64,000 nucleotides of DNA from Anaerohalosphaeraceae bacterium (GCA_963675525.2 CAXXSL010000016.1:800001-864000); one strand, 5' to 3'; positions 29,101 through 37,997 are shown, numbered from the stretch's first letter. Notes: a model not told the origin generated them from the sequence alone. Program-made: numbers and translations.

Positions 29101-30274
29101 TTTCACCCACAAAATCCCATCCGGCGTTGATAAAGGTATTCGGATTTTTCATTTCAGCAGTTGTTAATCCCTTACCGCCATAACTTTCGGTCGTGCCGGA
29201 TACTTCAATATCCCAGAAGCTTGAAAGGGCTGTACCATAAAAATCATATCCCCCTCCAGCCAACCCCTGAACATTCTCTCCGTCTTCAAGCTGACAGGCC
29301 GCATAACAATTTTCAATCTTGGCAAACTTATCCTCTTCATAATCATAGTTGGCTGCCACCAAGCCTGCTGAATCGCCATAATATGTCTCCTTCATTACTC
29401 CCAAAGCATAAGAATTTCTCACTATTCCGGAATTAAAACCACATAGACCGCTGTTGCTGTCAGTCTCCACAACAGAGTCGGAAAAACACCGATTCACAAC
29501 GCCATGGTTACGACTGACTAATCCTCCATTGCAATCCATAGAAGAACGATCTTTATCCGAAATATAACCATGTGAATAACATTGATAGATACTGCCGAAA
29601 TTATAACTTACCAAACCGGCGCCTCCATACAATATAGTCAGAGTTGAATGACTGCCGCTGTTTGCAATCAACCCATGATGGTCATAATAACTCAAGCTAT
29701 AAAAATCATAATCACCATTGATCCCTACAAGCCCCCCGATCATACAGTCAAACCAATCACCCTCTACAATTGGCCCGGCAGATCCATTGGAAAAGCAGTT
29801 GACAATCACTCCTAAATTCTGACCGGCCAAACTTCCAGCAAAACCGAAATTCCCGCCAACTTGAACCCGAATATCATAATCTGCGATAGTTAAATTTTTG
29901 ACGATCCCCTCCGGACCAATCTTTCCAAATAAACCCAAAAAGCTAAAGTCTTCCGTCTCATCAATAATTTGCATATTTTGTATGGCATATCCCTGCCCAT
30001 CCAAGAACCCCTCAAATGGTTCTTCATAAGCAACAATTGCAGAATCAATGACTTGATTGCCCGGCAGGTTCGGGTCCAGGTCTATATCGTTCATTAAGAC
30101 AAAATAAACACCTGTCGTGTCCAGATCATTAATGGCGATTAAATGGTTGGGTTCACTGATTTGGTAGGGGTTGGCTTCGATTCCTTCGCCGGGGTTGGTG
30201 TTCCAGTCGTATCCATATACGGTACAGGCAAGGCCCAGAAAAAGGCCGGTCCATAACAAACGATATCCTGACAT
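26168..30274 (-). CDS. Large secreted multi-module GLUG-repeat protein with a dockerin/EF-hand-like tail
   Basis: Signal peptide; four G.G....PY/FNG.FDG.G..I modules with GGL.G.N repeats; tail similar to 18098-19549. Confidence 0.85.
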   Translation of the reverse strand: MSGYRLLWTGLFLGLACTVYGYDWNTNPGEGIEANPYQISEPNHLIAINDLDTTGVYFVLMNDIDLDPNLPGNQVIDSAIVAYEEPFEGFLDGQGYAIQNMQIIDETEDFSFLGLFGKIGPEGIVKNLTIADYDIRVQVGGNFGFAGSLAGQNLGVIVNCFSNGSAGPIVEGDWFDCMIGGLVGINGDYDFYSLSYYDHHGLIANSGSHSTLTILYGGAGLVSYNFGSIYQCYSHGYISDKDRSSMDCNGGLVSRNHGVVNRCFSDSVVETDSNSGLCGFNSGIVRNSYALGVMKETYYGDSAGLVAANYDYEEDKFAKIENCYAACQLEDGENVQGLAGGGYDFYGTALSSFWDIEVSGTTESYGGKGLTTAEMKNPNTFINAGWDFVGETVNGAEDFWQIDPNINNGYPSLIMKPIDGGEGSPENPYIIYTKQHLLDFFNDSTMWDKHIKLIANIDLSDTVFTSAPVGTFNGVFDGSGCTIDGLTVDAASTGVLGLFDVIDRNGYVKNLYINDASMADGDGGILATLNLGQIIDCHVEGTVEGGDNLGGLVAVNDGDIYRCSADCVVTGFLYAGGLVSENSMFGSIRESYVNGAIGGNNYNGGLAARNYGKIKDSYSNCSVSGIIAGALAGFNDLGLIVCCYATGSPDTLVGSPGGVVAHSYYGNVQDLQAWEGNSWYEEDGHIWTVDPDYPDYSHPSLKWQRWGTPVTLENLYHGVPFYRQDPTRDGSEEHPYLFSFELADYPADWDKHFVMTEDVDMVMAGASVFDEAVIPYFNGTLDGGGHVIRNLFMENNQDLQSMGFFGMLGHDAQVKQLGIEGEVNYQARYPGLLVGTNFGILEECYAKGSVTCPTYGGILTGFNGGTIRSCYAEGDLTLQTDVQYEEIVGGGLYAGSWGRVMNSYSSVEAIYLGDFIYSGVGGLNEGLVWNSYWNVDLTDPNFMLGGKPLTTAQMQDADSFVGWGDNIWKIAEDFDLPRLSWENTDWVWTPENPIPPDCWPDECPEYIPIVDASRTYGGGDGTAESPYVLTDAEHLFTLGKHLSDCDKYFMLSNDIDLSGQTLSESVIGYFAGNFNGKGHSINGLSIDGIEHLVPYHGKFFSGLGLFGCVDTGGVVENLAVENVNIDGMCTVGGLAGENNGTIRRSFVTGCVRAEGNVGGLVGSNGFRRTFGTAQIEDCYTNTSVIGDALQGFAMKYLGGIAGANNGLVVRCHAAGSIDTDNPIPAYTPFIIGGIAGWSSGGDVEACYYSSAAGENPVGTQIDPAQMKQRASFVGWDFVGESTNGENEIWRMCVDGVDHPQLSWEFSGGGDYACPAGVNLVDFSALAANWLTDVQTRPDTFNTACDGNLDDQIGLDDLLILADNWLTMN

Positions 30275-30497
30275 GAAAATTTTCCTTCCATCAAATTTAA
30301 TAATTGTTCTGCTTCAACCACCCCGAGGTGTGTCCTTCACACAAACATCCTCTATATCGGCCAATTAGTGGTGTTATCAGTAGTAATAATGCGTTCTTTA
30401 TCATACTGGTTTGTTGTGACCTCCCGTAAACGGCCGATAAAAACTTTATCTTTTTCATTGTTTTTGCCGATAAGATTTACAACTGTTTGGAGTGTCT

Positions 30498-31901
30498 ATG
30501 GTTACATTGTTGTGGTCGATTTTAACGTATGTTTTCCTGATTGCGGGGTTTTTGCTGGGTTTTGTGCTGATCGGGCATATCCTGCTGCAAAAGCGTGCGC
30601 CGTCCGGCACGATCGCTTGGCTTTTGGTGATCGGTTTTATGCCGCATCTGGGCGTACCGCTGTATTTGTTTTTCGGCGGGCGCAAGATGGCCCGGCACGT
30701 CGAAAAAAAGGGCCGGCTTGACCTGGACCTGAATGTAACGATCGCCCCGGAAGAGGCCGGCATCATCGACCGCATTCTGCGAAGCTATACCATTGGCGGC
30801 GCCGAAGCAGGCCACTGCGTCACACTTTGCAGCACCGGCATCGAACGGTTCGCGGCGATGGTGTCGCTGTTGGAAAACGCTCAACGTACTATTTATATCT
30901 CCACCTTTATCTACCAGGCCGATGAGGTGGGCCGGCGGATTTTGGATATTCTTGTCGCCAAAGCCAAAGCAGGCGTTGAGGTGAAACTGCTGATGGATGG
31001 CGTGGGAACGCTGCACACTCGCAGCTGGTTTTTTAAACCGCTGGTCGAGGCCGGCGGTAAGTTCGCGTTTTTCCTGCCGGTACTTCATCGACCGTTTCGC
31101 GGGCGAACCAATCTGCGCAACCATCGCAAGATCACGATCGTCGATAACCGCACGGTGATGGCCGGCGGCGCCAACATCGGGGTCGAATACATGGGACCGG
31201 AGCCGGATAAAAAACGCTGGAAGGATCTGGCGTTTACGCTGGAAGGCCCGGCGGTGCGGCACTGGCTGAATGTGTTTGCCGGGGATTGGGCCTTTGCCGC
31301 CAAAGAAACGCTTTCGGCCGAACAGATGCGGCTGCCCGATGCGCTGGCGAGTGAGCAGCCCGGTACGGGTATCGTGCAGGTTGTGCCGTCCGGGCCGGAT
31401 GTACCCAGCGACGCTTTGCACGATGCGCTGCTGTCGATGATCTATACCGCCCAGAAACGCTTCTGGACGGTCACGCCGTATTTCGTGCCGGACGATGCGC
31501 TGTGCCAGGCGCTGCTGCTGGCGGTGCGGCGAGGGGTTGATGTGCGTATTATTTTGCCGCGGCGGTCCAATCATCTCCTGCCGGACATTGTTCGCGGGAA
31601 CCCACTGCGGCAGATTCAGGATGCCGGGGGGCTGGTGATGTTCTATCCACCGAAAATGCTGCATTCCAAAGTCGTCCTGATGGACAAGCGGACGGCGGTG
31701 CTGGGATCGGCAAATATGGACATCCGAAGTTTGCTTTTAAATTACGAAACGGCGATGTTCGTTTACAGCCGGGATGAAATCGCCGCTGTGAAGCACTATA
31801 TCGAGAACATCATGACCGAATGCACCTGCGGGATCGGGGTCGCCTCGCTGCCGCGGGCCCTGGGGGAATCTATCATCAGACTTGTTTCGCCGCTGTTATA
31901 A
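30498..31901 (+). CDS. cls: Cardiolipin synthase (PLD family)
   Basis: Two N-terminal TM helices (AWLLVI..P..G..LY.FFG), HRKITIVD and HSKVVLMD HKD motifs, SGPD, TPYFVPD. Confidence 0.92.
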   Translation: MVTLLWSILTYVFLIAGFLLGFVLIGHILLQKRAPSGTIAWLLVIGFMPHLGVPLYLFFGGRKMARHVEKKGRLDLDLNVTIAPEEAGIIDRILRSYTIGGAEAGHCVTLCSTGIERFAAMVSLLENAQRTIYISTFIYQADEVGRRILDILVAKAKAGVEVKLLMDGVGTLHTRSWFFKPLVEAGGKFAFFLPVLHRPFRGRTNLRNHRKITIVDNRTVMAGGANIGVEYMGPEPDKKRWKDLAFTLEGPAVRHWLNVFAGDWAFAAKETLSAEQMRLPDALASEQPGTGIVQVVPSGPDVPSDALHDALLSMIYTAQKRFWTVTPYFVPDDALCQALLLAVRRGVDVRIILPRRSNHLLPDIVRGNPLRQIQDAGGLVMFYPPKMLHSKVVLMDKRTAVLGSANMDIRSLLLNYETAMFVYSRDEIAAVKHYIENIMTECTCGIGVASLPRALGESIIRLVSPLL

Positions 31902-32005
31902 ACAACTTGATTCTGTATATCAGAACGTTTCTTTATAAAGCCTTTACGAGAATGCTTTTTTGTGCTTTTTTGCACAAAAAGCCAAGGTAAATCCCTTTTT
32001 AATCA

Positions 32006-32034
32006 TTGACATCGGCTGTCTTTGGGTCTATATT
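32006..32034 (+). promoter_or_regulatory. Sigma70 promoter for ppdK
   Basis: TTGACA-17 nt-TATATT. Confidence 0.65.
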
Positions 32035-32161
32035 CTACATCCTTTTACATGAGCAGAAAAAACACCATGACGGATGTTTCGGCCTGTGTGGGGCCGGGAT
32101 GTGAATGTCGCACGATAAAAGCTCTAAATGAATCGTATTTAAGCAATAGGAGATTTACGAA

Positions 32162-34915
32162 ATGGCAAAGAAAAAAGCTGCAAAGAAGACCGCTTCAACG
32201 GCCAAAGCCGGCAAGCGCGTGTATTTCTTTGGTAACGGCAAAGCCGAAGCGAACGCTAAGATGAAAGCGCTGCTCGGCGGCAAGGGTGCAAACCTGGCCG
32301 AAATGACCAGTCTGGGTGTTCCGGTTCCTCCGGGATTCACTATTTCCACGCAAACCTGTTCTGACTTCAACAAACTGGGCAAAAAGTGGCCGAAAGGTCT
32401 GAAGGAAGAAGTGGCCAAGAACGTCGCCAAGCTGGAAAAAGCAATGAACGCAAAATTCGGCGATCCCAAGAAACCGCTGCTGGTTTCGGTTCGTTCCGGT
32501 GCAGCCGTTTCGATGCCCGGTATGATGGACACCGTCCTGAACCTGGGTCTCAACGACAAGGTTGTTGCGGGTATCATTGAAAAAACCGGCAACGCTCGTT
32601 TCGCTTATGACATCTATCGCCGTTTCATCGATATGTTCGGTGACGTGGTCATGGGCTGTCATCATGAACACTTCGAACACGCCATTGACGCTGCCAAGAA
32701 AAAAGCCAAGGTTGCCAATGACAATGAACTGACGGCTGAACAACTCGCTGAAGTTGTTGAGGATTACAAAAAGATCTACAAAAAAGACGTTGGGAAAATG
32801 TTCCCGCAGGATCCAATGGAACAGCTGACTTATTCCATCAACGCCGTCTTCGGCAGTTGGGACGCACCTCGTGCCGTCCGTTACCGCCAGATGGAAAAAA
32901 TCACGGGTCTGCTGGGCACCGCCGTTAACGTCCAGGCGATGGTCTTCGGTAACATGGGCGACGATTGCGGCACGGGTGTTTGCTTTACGCGTAACCCCTC
33001 CACGGGTAAGAAAGAGTTCTACGGCGAATACCTCATTAACGCTCAGGGCGAAGACGTGGTCGCTGGTATCCGGACGCCTCTGGATCTGAAGCACCTGAAG
33101 AAGGATATGCCCAAGGCTTACAAAGAACTGACCAGCTTGATGACCAAGATGGAGAAGCATTACAAAGATATGCAGGACATGGAATTCACCATTCAGGAAA
33201 AAGTCCTGTACATCCTGCAAACGCGTAACGGTAAGCGTACCGCCGAAGCGGCTATCACCAACGCCGTTGACATGGTCAAAGAAAAAATGATCAAGCCCCA
33301 AGAAGCTGTGATGCGTGTCACACCGGAACAGCTCGACCGTTTGCTGCACCCCAGTTTTGACACCAAGGCCACTCGCAACGTGATCGCCACCGGACTTCCC
33401 GCTTCGCCGGGTGCCGCAGTTGGCCAGGTCGTCTTTGATGCAGAGGTCGCTGAGGCATGGGCCAAAGCAGGCAAGACCGTCATTTTGGTTCGTATCGAAA
33501 CCAGCCCCGAAGACATCGGTGGTATGGATGCGGCGGTGGGTATCCTGACCCAACGCGGCGGCATGACTTCTCACGCAGCGGTTGTTGCTCGTGGTATGGG
33601 TAAGTGCTGCGTTGCCGGTGCTGGTGATGTTGTCATTAACTACAAAAATAAATCCTTCGCCGTTGGCAAGACCACGGTTAAAGAAGGCGACTGGATCAGC
33701 CTCGAAGGTACTCAGGGCCAGGTCATTCTCGGAAAGGTTCCGACGGTTGAGCCGAAGCTGAGTGGTTCGTTTGGCCAGTTCCTGACAATGTGCGACAAGA
33801 TCCGCACACTGGGTGTTCGCACGAATGCTGACACCCCGGGCGACAGCAAGCGGGCACGTGATTTCGGCGCTGAAGGCATTGGCCTGACACGCACCGAACA
33901 CATGTTCTTCGAAGGCGAACGCATCTGGCCCGTACGCGAAATGATTCTGGCGGCCGATGACTATGCCGCACTGCTGACCGGCTTAGCTGACACCGAAGAT
34001 AAAAAAGAAATCGCGGCACTGAACAAACAGTATGCCGGCGCCAAGAAGCAGTTCGAAGGCGCACTGAAGAAACTGCTGCCGTATCAGCGTCAGGACTTTG
34101 TCGGTATCTTTAAGGCGATGGCTGGGCTGCCGGTAACCGTTCGCCTGTTGGATCCTCCGCTGCATGAGTTCCTGCCGCAGGAAGAAGCCAACCAAAAGGA
34201 AATGGCTAAACGCCTGAAGGTTTCGCCGAAGGTGGTTAAAGAACAGGTTGAAGCGCTGCATGAGTTCAACCCGATGCTGGGCCACCGTGGTTGCCGTCTG
34301 GCAATCACCTATCCGGCGATCTACCGGATGCAGGCACGTGCGATCATGGAAGCGGCTTTACAGGTGAAGAAGTCCGGCAAGAAGGTGCTGCCGGAAATCA
34401 TGATCCCGCTGATCGGTTCGGTGAAGGAACTGGCGATCGTTAAGGCTGACGTCATCGACGAAATCCAGCAGGTCTTCAAGGAAAAGAAAGCCAAGATGCC
34501 GTATATGGTCGGCACGATGATCGAAATCCCGCGTGCAGCACTGACCGCTGACGAAGTCGCGACCGAAGCGGAGTTCTTCAGCTTCGGCACCAACGACCTG
34601 ACCCAGATGGCGATGGGCTTTAGCCGGGACGATGCGGGCAAGTTCCTCGGCGAATATGTCAAGCAGGGAATTTACGCGGTTGACCCGTTCCAGGCACTGG
34701 ACCAGAGCGGCGTTGGCAAACTGGTTGAGATGGGCGTTAAGCTCGGTCGCAAGACCAACAAGAAGCTCAAATGCGGTATCTGCGGCGAGCATGGCGGTGA
34801 GCCGAGCAGCATCGATTTCTGCCACCGCGCCGGCCTGAATTATGTAAGCTGTTCTCCGTTCCGCGTGCCGATCGCACGTCTGGCAGCAGCGCAGGCGGCC
34901 ATTCGCAACAAGTAA
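32162..34915 (+). CDS. ppdK: Pyruvate, phosphate dikinase
   Basis: LLGGKGANLAEM, SVRSGA..SMPGMMDT, GGMTSHAAVVARG, SFGTNDLTQ, CGEHGG. Confidence 0.98.
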   Translation: MAKKKAAKKTASTAKAGKRVYFFGNGKAEANAKMKALLGGKGANLAEMTSLGVPVPPGFTISTQTCSDFNKLGKKWPKGLKEEVAKNVAKLEKAMNAKFGDPKKPLLVSVRSGAAVSMPGMMDTVLNLGLNDKVVAGIIEKTGNARFAYDIYRRFIDMFGDVVMGCHHEHFEHAIDAAKKKAKVANDNELTAEQLAEVVEDYKKIYKKDVGKMFPQDPMEQLTYSINAVFGSWDAPRAVRYRQMEKITGLLGTAVNVQAMVFGNMGDDCGTGVCFTRNPSTGKKEFYGEYLINAQGEDVVAGIRTPLDLKHLKKDMPKAYKELTSLMTKMEKHYKDMQDMEFTIQEKVLYILQTRNGKRTAEAAITNAVDMVKEKMIKPQEAVMRVTPEQLDRLLHPSFDTKATRNVIATGLPASPGAAVGQVVFDAEVAEAWAKAGKTVILVRIETSPEDIGGMDAAVGILTQRGGMTSHAAVVARGMGKCCVAGAGDVVINYKNKSFAVGKTTVKEGDWISLEGTQGQVILGKVPTVEPKLSGSFGQFLTMCDKIRTLGVRTNADTPGDSKRARDFGAEGIGLTRTEHMFFEGERIWPVREMILAADDYAALLTGLADTEDKKEIAALNKQYAGAKKQFEGALKKLLPYQRQDFVGIFKAMAGLPVTVRLLDPPLHEFLPQEEANQKEMAKRLKVSPKVVKEQVEALHEFNPMLGHRGCRLAITYPAIYRMQARAIMEAALQVKKSGKKVLPEIMIPLIGSVKELAIVKADVIDEIQQVFKEKKAKMPYMVGTMIEIPRAALTADEVATEAEFFSFGTNDLTQMAMGFSRDDAGKFLGEYVKQGIYAVDPFQALDQSGVGKLVEMGVKLGRKTNKKLKCGICGEHGGEPSSIDFCHRAGLNYVSCSPFRVPIARLAAAQAAIRNK

Positions 34916-34940
34916 GCGAAGCTTACATCAGAAGCAACCC

Positions 34941-34975
34941 AAAGGGTGTGTCCAAAAAGGGCACGCCCTTTTTTT
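34941..34975 (+). terminator. Intrinsic terminator of ppdK
   Basis: AAAGGGTGTGTCC/GGGCACGCCCTTT followed by a T tract. Confidence 0.8.
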
Positions 34976-35036
34976 ATTGGATATTGTCAATTGTAGATTG
35001 TATATTGATACCCATATTCGAAATTGTTCCGGTCAT

Positions 35037-35100
35037 GTCACCCCCGCGCAGGCGGGGGTCCAGAATGAAACAGGTGGATTCACGCCTTCGCGGGAATGAC
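35037..35100. repeat. Inverted REP doublet (GTCATTCCCGCG..GCGGGAATCCA type)
   Basis: GTCACCCCCGCGCAGGCGGGGGTCCA ... TGGATTCACGCCTTCGCGGGAATGAC. Confidence 0.75.
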
Positions 35101-35132
35101 AATCAATGGTACACAACGGAAAGGGACAAAGA

Positions 35133-35903
35133 ATGGGAGATAACAAGAATTCCAGTAACACTGTTCGTTTGGCTAAGCTTTCATTTATTTTTGTTCTGAT
35201 TGAAACGGGCATCATTCTTCTTGTTTTCGCACTCAATCAAATCGAAAAACAGATAGGTTCTGATCACTTTATTTTTATGCTCTTATCACCACTTCTCGGC
35301 ATTTTGGCTCTCGTTTTTTTAATCGGTCCGTTAGTGATTTTTGTTATTGGCTCGATTTCTTTTGTAAAGCTGCTCAAAGCCAAAGTGAAGGGAACTAAAC
35401 CTTACTTTTATGTTTTTGTTTCTCTGGCATTTGGTATGATATTCTATGGATTTTGTGTTGGTTCCGTGGTTAACAAGTACATGGAAGCTTGCGCTAAGGG
35501 ACGTGAAATAGCCTGTAAAGCTCATATCATAACATTAGCAGCTAATTGCTCCTCTTATCAAGTCTTCTATGATCTTTGGCCAGAAAAGAATTCATGGTGT
35601 GATCAAATAAAGTCTGTTCATGATTTTGAAGAGATACACCTTCAATGTCCTTTTGACAAACTCGGCCCGTGCAGTTATGCGATGAATGAGAATATCCCGG
35701 CGGATGCGAATGAGTTGCCGGGGGATTTGGTTTTGCTGTTTGAAAGTGCGCCGGGGTGGAACCAAGTTGGTGGGCCGGACGATGTTGTGACCGACCGGCA
35801 CGGCAAACCCGGTGCGAATATCGCTTTTGCTGATGGGCGTGTTGAATTTGTCGCCGCCGAAGACATTCCCAATCTGCGGTGGACGGTGGAGACGCAGGAA
35901 TAA
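35133..35903 (+). CDS. Membrane protein with a C-terminal H-X9-DG domain
   Basis: Three TM helices; SYAMN, RHGKPGANIAFADGRVE. Confidence 0.8.
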   Translation: MGDNKNSSNTVRLAKLSFIFVLIETGIILLVFALNQIEKQIGSDHFIFMLLSPLLGILALVFLIGPLVIFVIGSISFVKLLKAKVKGTKPYFYVFVSLAFGMIFYGFCVGSVVNKYMEACAKGREIACKAHIITLAANCSSYQVFYDLWPEKNSWCDQIKSVHDFEEIHLQCPFDKLGPCSYAMNENIPADANELPGDLVLLFESAPGWNQVGGPDDVVTDRHGKPGANIAFADGRVEFVAAEDIPNLRWTVETQE

Positions 35904-35906
35904 CGG

Positions 35907-35985
35907 AAAGCCCACATGGTATGCGTCCCCTGCGCTTCCGTCTTCGCTAAAGCTGCGACGGACAAGGGCGCTTCGGGCTTTTGTT
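35907..35985. repeat. REP remnant with a nested second palindrome
   Basis: GCGCTTCCG...CTTCGGGCTTTTGTT as in the RAYT REPINs, split by TCCGTCTTCGCTAAAGCTGCGACGGA. Confidence 0.6.
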
Positions 35986-36027
35986 TTTTTATGGACAGTT
36001 TCCGGTTTTTTGTTGTATAATCAGGAT

Positions 36028-36294
36028 ATGATAAGCAAGGCAGATACATTTTCCGGCGATACATCCAAAGACGCAGCGGCCAAGCAGGTCGAGGTGCTGC
36101 GCAACATGGGGCTGGAGGGCCGGGCCAGGCGGACGTTTCAACTCTGCGACAACCTGCGTGAAGTCACCAAAGCCGGCATTCGCCATCGTCATCCCGATTA
36201 TACGGAACGACAGGTCACGCAGGCCTACCTGCGGTTGATCTGTGATGAGAAACTTTTCCGGGAAATGTTTCCGGGTTGTGAGATTGCAGTATGA
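36028..36294 (+). CDS. Small basic protein, putative antitoxin/partner of the downstream nucleotidyltransferase
   Basis: DTSKDAAAKQ..LRNM..R..GIRHRHPDY; TATAAT at 36016 implies a leaderless start; ATGA overlap. Confidence 0.7.
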   Translation: MISKADTFSGDTSKDAAAKQVEVLRNMGLEGRARRTFQLCDNLREVTKAGIRHRHPDYTERQVTQAYLRLICDEKLFREMFPGCEIAV

Positions 36295-36851
36295 CCGAAC
36301 AAAACGCATTTCTTGCACGCATCATCAAGGCATTGAACAATGCTAATATTCCGTACATGATTTCCGGTTCGGTTGCCAGCAGTTTTCACGGCCAGCCGCG
36401 GGCGACCAACGATGCGGATATTGTGATTGATCCGATACGCGAACAACTGCTGACGTTTGTGGAGTCGCTGGGGCCGGATTGTTATGTCAGCAAAGATGCC
36501 GCGGCGCAGGCCATAGAAAACAACGCGATGTTTAATATTATCGACATTGAATCCGGCAGTAAAGCCGATTTAATCATCCGCAAAAAACGCCCGTTCAGCC
36601 TGCAGGAATTTGAGAGAAGAACGCCGGTTACGTTTTCCCACATGCAAGCTTATGTACTCACGCCGGAGGACTCTATTTTGAGTAAACTCGAATGGAGCAA
36701 AGGCCGTCTGTCAGACACACAATTCAAAGATGCTTTAGGCGTACTTCTCGCCCAGAAAGACACACTGGATTTCGACTATCTGAAACACTGGGCTAAAGAA
36801 TTAGGCGTTGAAGATGAATTGAAGCAATTGATGGAGGCGGCGGAAAAATAG
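36291..36851 (+). CDS. Nucleotidyltransferase-fold protein
   Basis: YMISGSVA..HGQPRATNDADIV, PEDSILSKL, DFDYLKHWA. Confidence 0.8.
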   Translation: MTEQNAFLARIIKALNNANIPYMISGSVASSFHGQPRATNDADIVIDPIREQLLTFVESLGPDCYVSKDAAAQAIENNAMFNIIDIESGSKADLIIRKKRPFSLQEFERRTPVTFSHMQAYVLTPEDSILSKLEWSKGRLSDTQFKDALGVLLAQKDTLDFDYLKHWAKELGVEDELKQLMEAAEK

Positions 36852-36863
36852 AAGGGGCATTCG

Positions 36864-37385
36864 ATGGAAGAAAAGAAGAAATCACATAAAATTATTTGGT
36901 TTGTTGTTTGTTTTATTCTTCTTGCTTTAATTTTCGCCATTATATTACCTGCCTTTAGGAAGGCGAAAGATAGTGGCCTTGGCTATGTCAGAACCAAATG
37001 TATGGCCAATACCAGAACGATAGCCCTCACCTGTATAATCTACCAAGACGAAGAATGTTTATGGCCGGAAAAAGCACAATGGTGTGACTTGACAACACCT
37101 TATGAGAATGATTATCAATGTCCAACAGATAACATCGGCCCGTGCAGTTATGCGATGAATGAGAACATCCCGGCGGATGCGAATGAGTTGCCGGGGGATT
37201 TGGTGCTGCTGTTTGAGAGTGCGCCGGGGTGGAATACTATCGGCGGTTCTGACGATGTGGTAACGGATCGCCACGGCGGACCCGGTGCGAATATCGCCTT
37301 TGCCGACGGGCATGTGGAATTTGTAGAAGCCGAAGAGATTCCCAACCTGCGGTGGACGGTGGAAAACAAAAGCACGGAACGGTAG
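36864..37385 (+). CDS. H-X9-DG domain protein (pilin-like N-terminal helix)
   Basis: AIILPAFRKAK, C.AN.R.I, SYAMN, RHGGPGANIAFADGHVE. Confidence 0.8.
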   Translation: MEEKKKSHKIIWFVVCFILLALIFAIILPAFRKAKDSGLGYVRTKCMANTRTIALTCIIYQDEECLWPEKAQWCDLTTPYENDYQCPTDNIGPCSYAMNENIPADANELPGDLVLLFESAPGWNTIGGSDDVVTDRHGGPGANIAFADGHVEFVEAEEIPNLRWTVENKSTER

Positions 37386-37462
37386 TGACGTGATTGTAAG
37401 ACCGTGTGTGATTTGTATCCACCGGGTATTCCATCCCCGCGCTGCCGCTTGGGGCTTTTGTT
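37365..37462. repeat. REPIN upstream of RAYT
   Basis: 98-bp imperfect hairpin AACAAAAGC...GCTTTTGTT; direct copy at 37996-38093. Confidence 0.75.
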
Positions 37463-37499
37463 AGGACCAAACATCTTTAAGAACGAAGCAGAGATTTAG

Positions 37500-37997
37500 A
37501 TGTATAACAAACCGCTGGCATACTTCATTACGTTTGCGACATACGGCACATGGCTTCACGGAGACTCCCGAAAAAGTGTAAAAGTTGAAAACCATCGAGC
37601 CACTTTAATTGAACCCCAAGAAATGTGTCTCAGGCATGAAAAACGATCCATGAAACATCTTGTGGTGACACTGAATAAATCCATGCGGCAAATTGTCTGC
37701 GGCGCGATTGCTGAGCGCTGTTTGTGAAAACAGTGGCGATTATACGCCGCCCATGTTCGGAGCAATCATGTGCATATTTTGGTTTATTCACCGGAGCCCA
37801 TTGACAAGATCATGACATCTCTGAAAGCCTGGGCAACCAGAAAATTAAGACAATGCGGCTATAATATCCAAAAAGTATGGACACATCACGGCAGCACAAA
37901 ATATGTGTTTACAAAAGATAAGATGTCTGAAAAAGTGCGATACATTATCCACGAACAGGGCCAAAAAATGGCCTATTATATCGATGATGGTCTTTAA
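37500..37997 (+). pseudogene. REP-associated tyrosine (HUH/Y1) transposase with an in-frame TGA at 37725
   Basis: YFITFATYGTWLHGD, then CL*KQWRLYAAHVRSNHVHIL (HUH), LKAWATRKL, VW, YI; both ORF pieces share one frame. Confidence 0.85.

Noticed and set aside
32195..33901. 568-aa antisense ORF, plus other long antisense ORFs (30522-31664, 44595-45644, 61681-62826, 23683-24621, 49126-50049)
   Set aside because: Shadows of strongly codon-biased genes on the opposite strand with no recognisable motifs
35662..37363. Diversity-generating retroelement TR/VR pair
   Set aside because: Differences are mostly synonymous and not adenine-specific, and no reverse transcriptase is in the window
37725..37727. 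Selenocysteine or alternative-code readthrough of TGA in RAYT
   Set aside because: TGA is a normal stop elsewhere (e.g. dnaB, lpxD), the position is not catalytic, and no SECIS-like hairpin is evident
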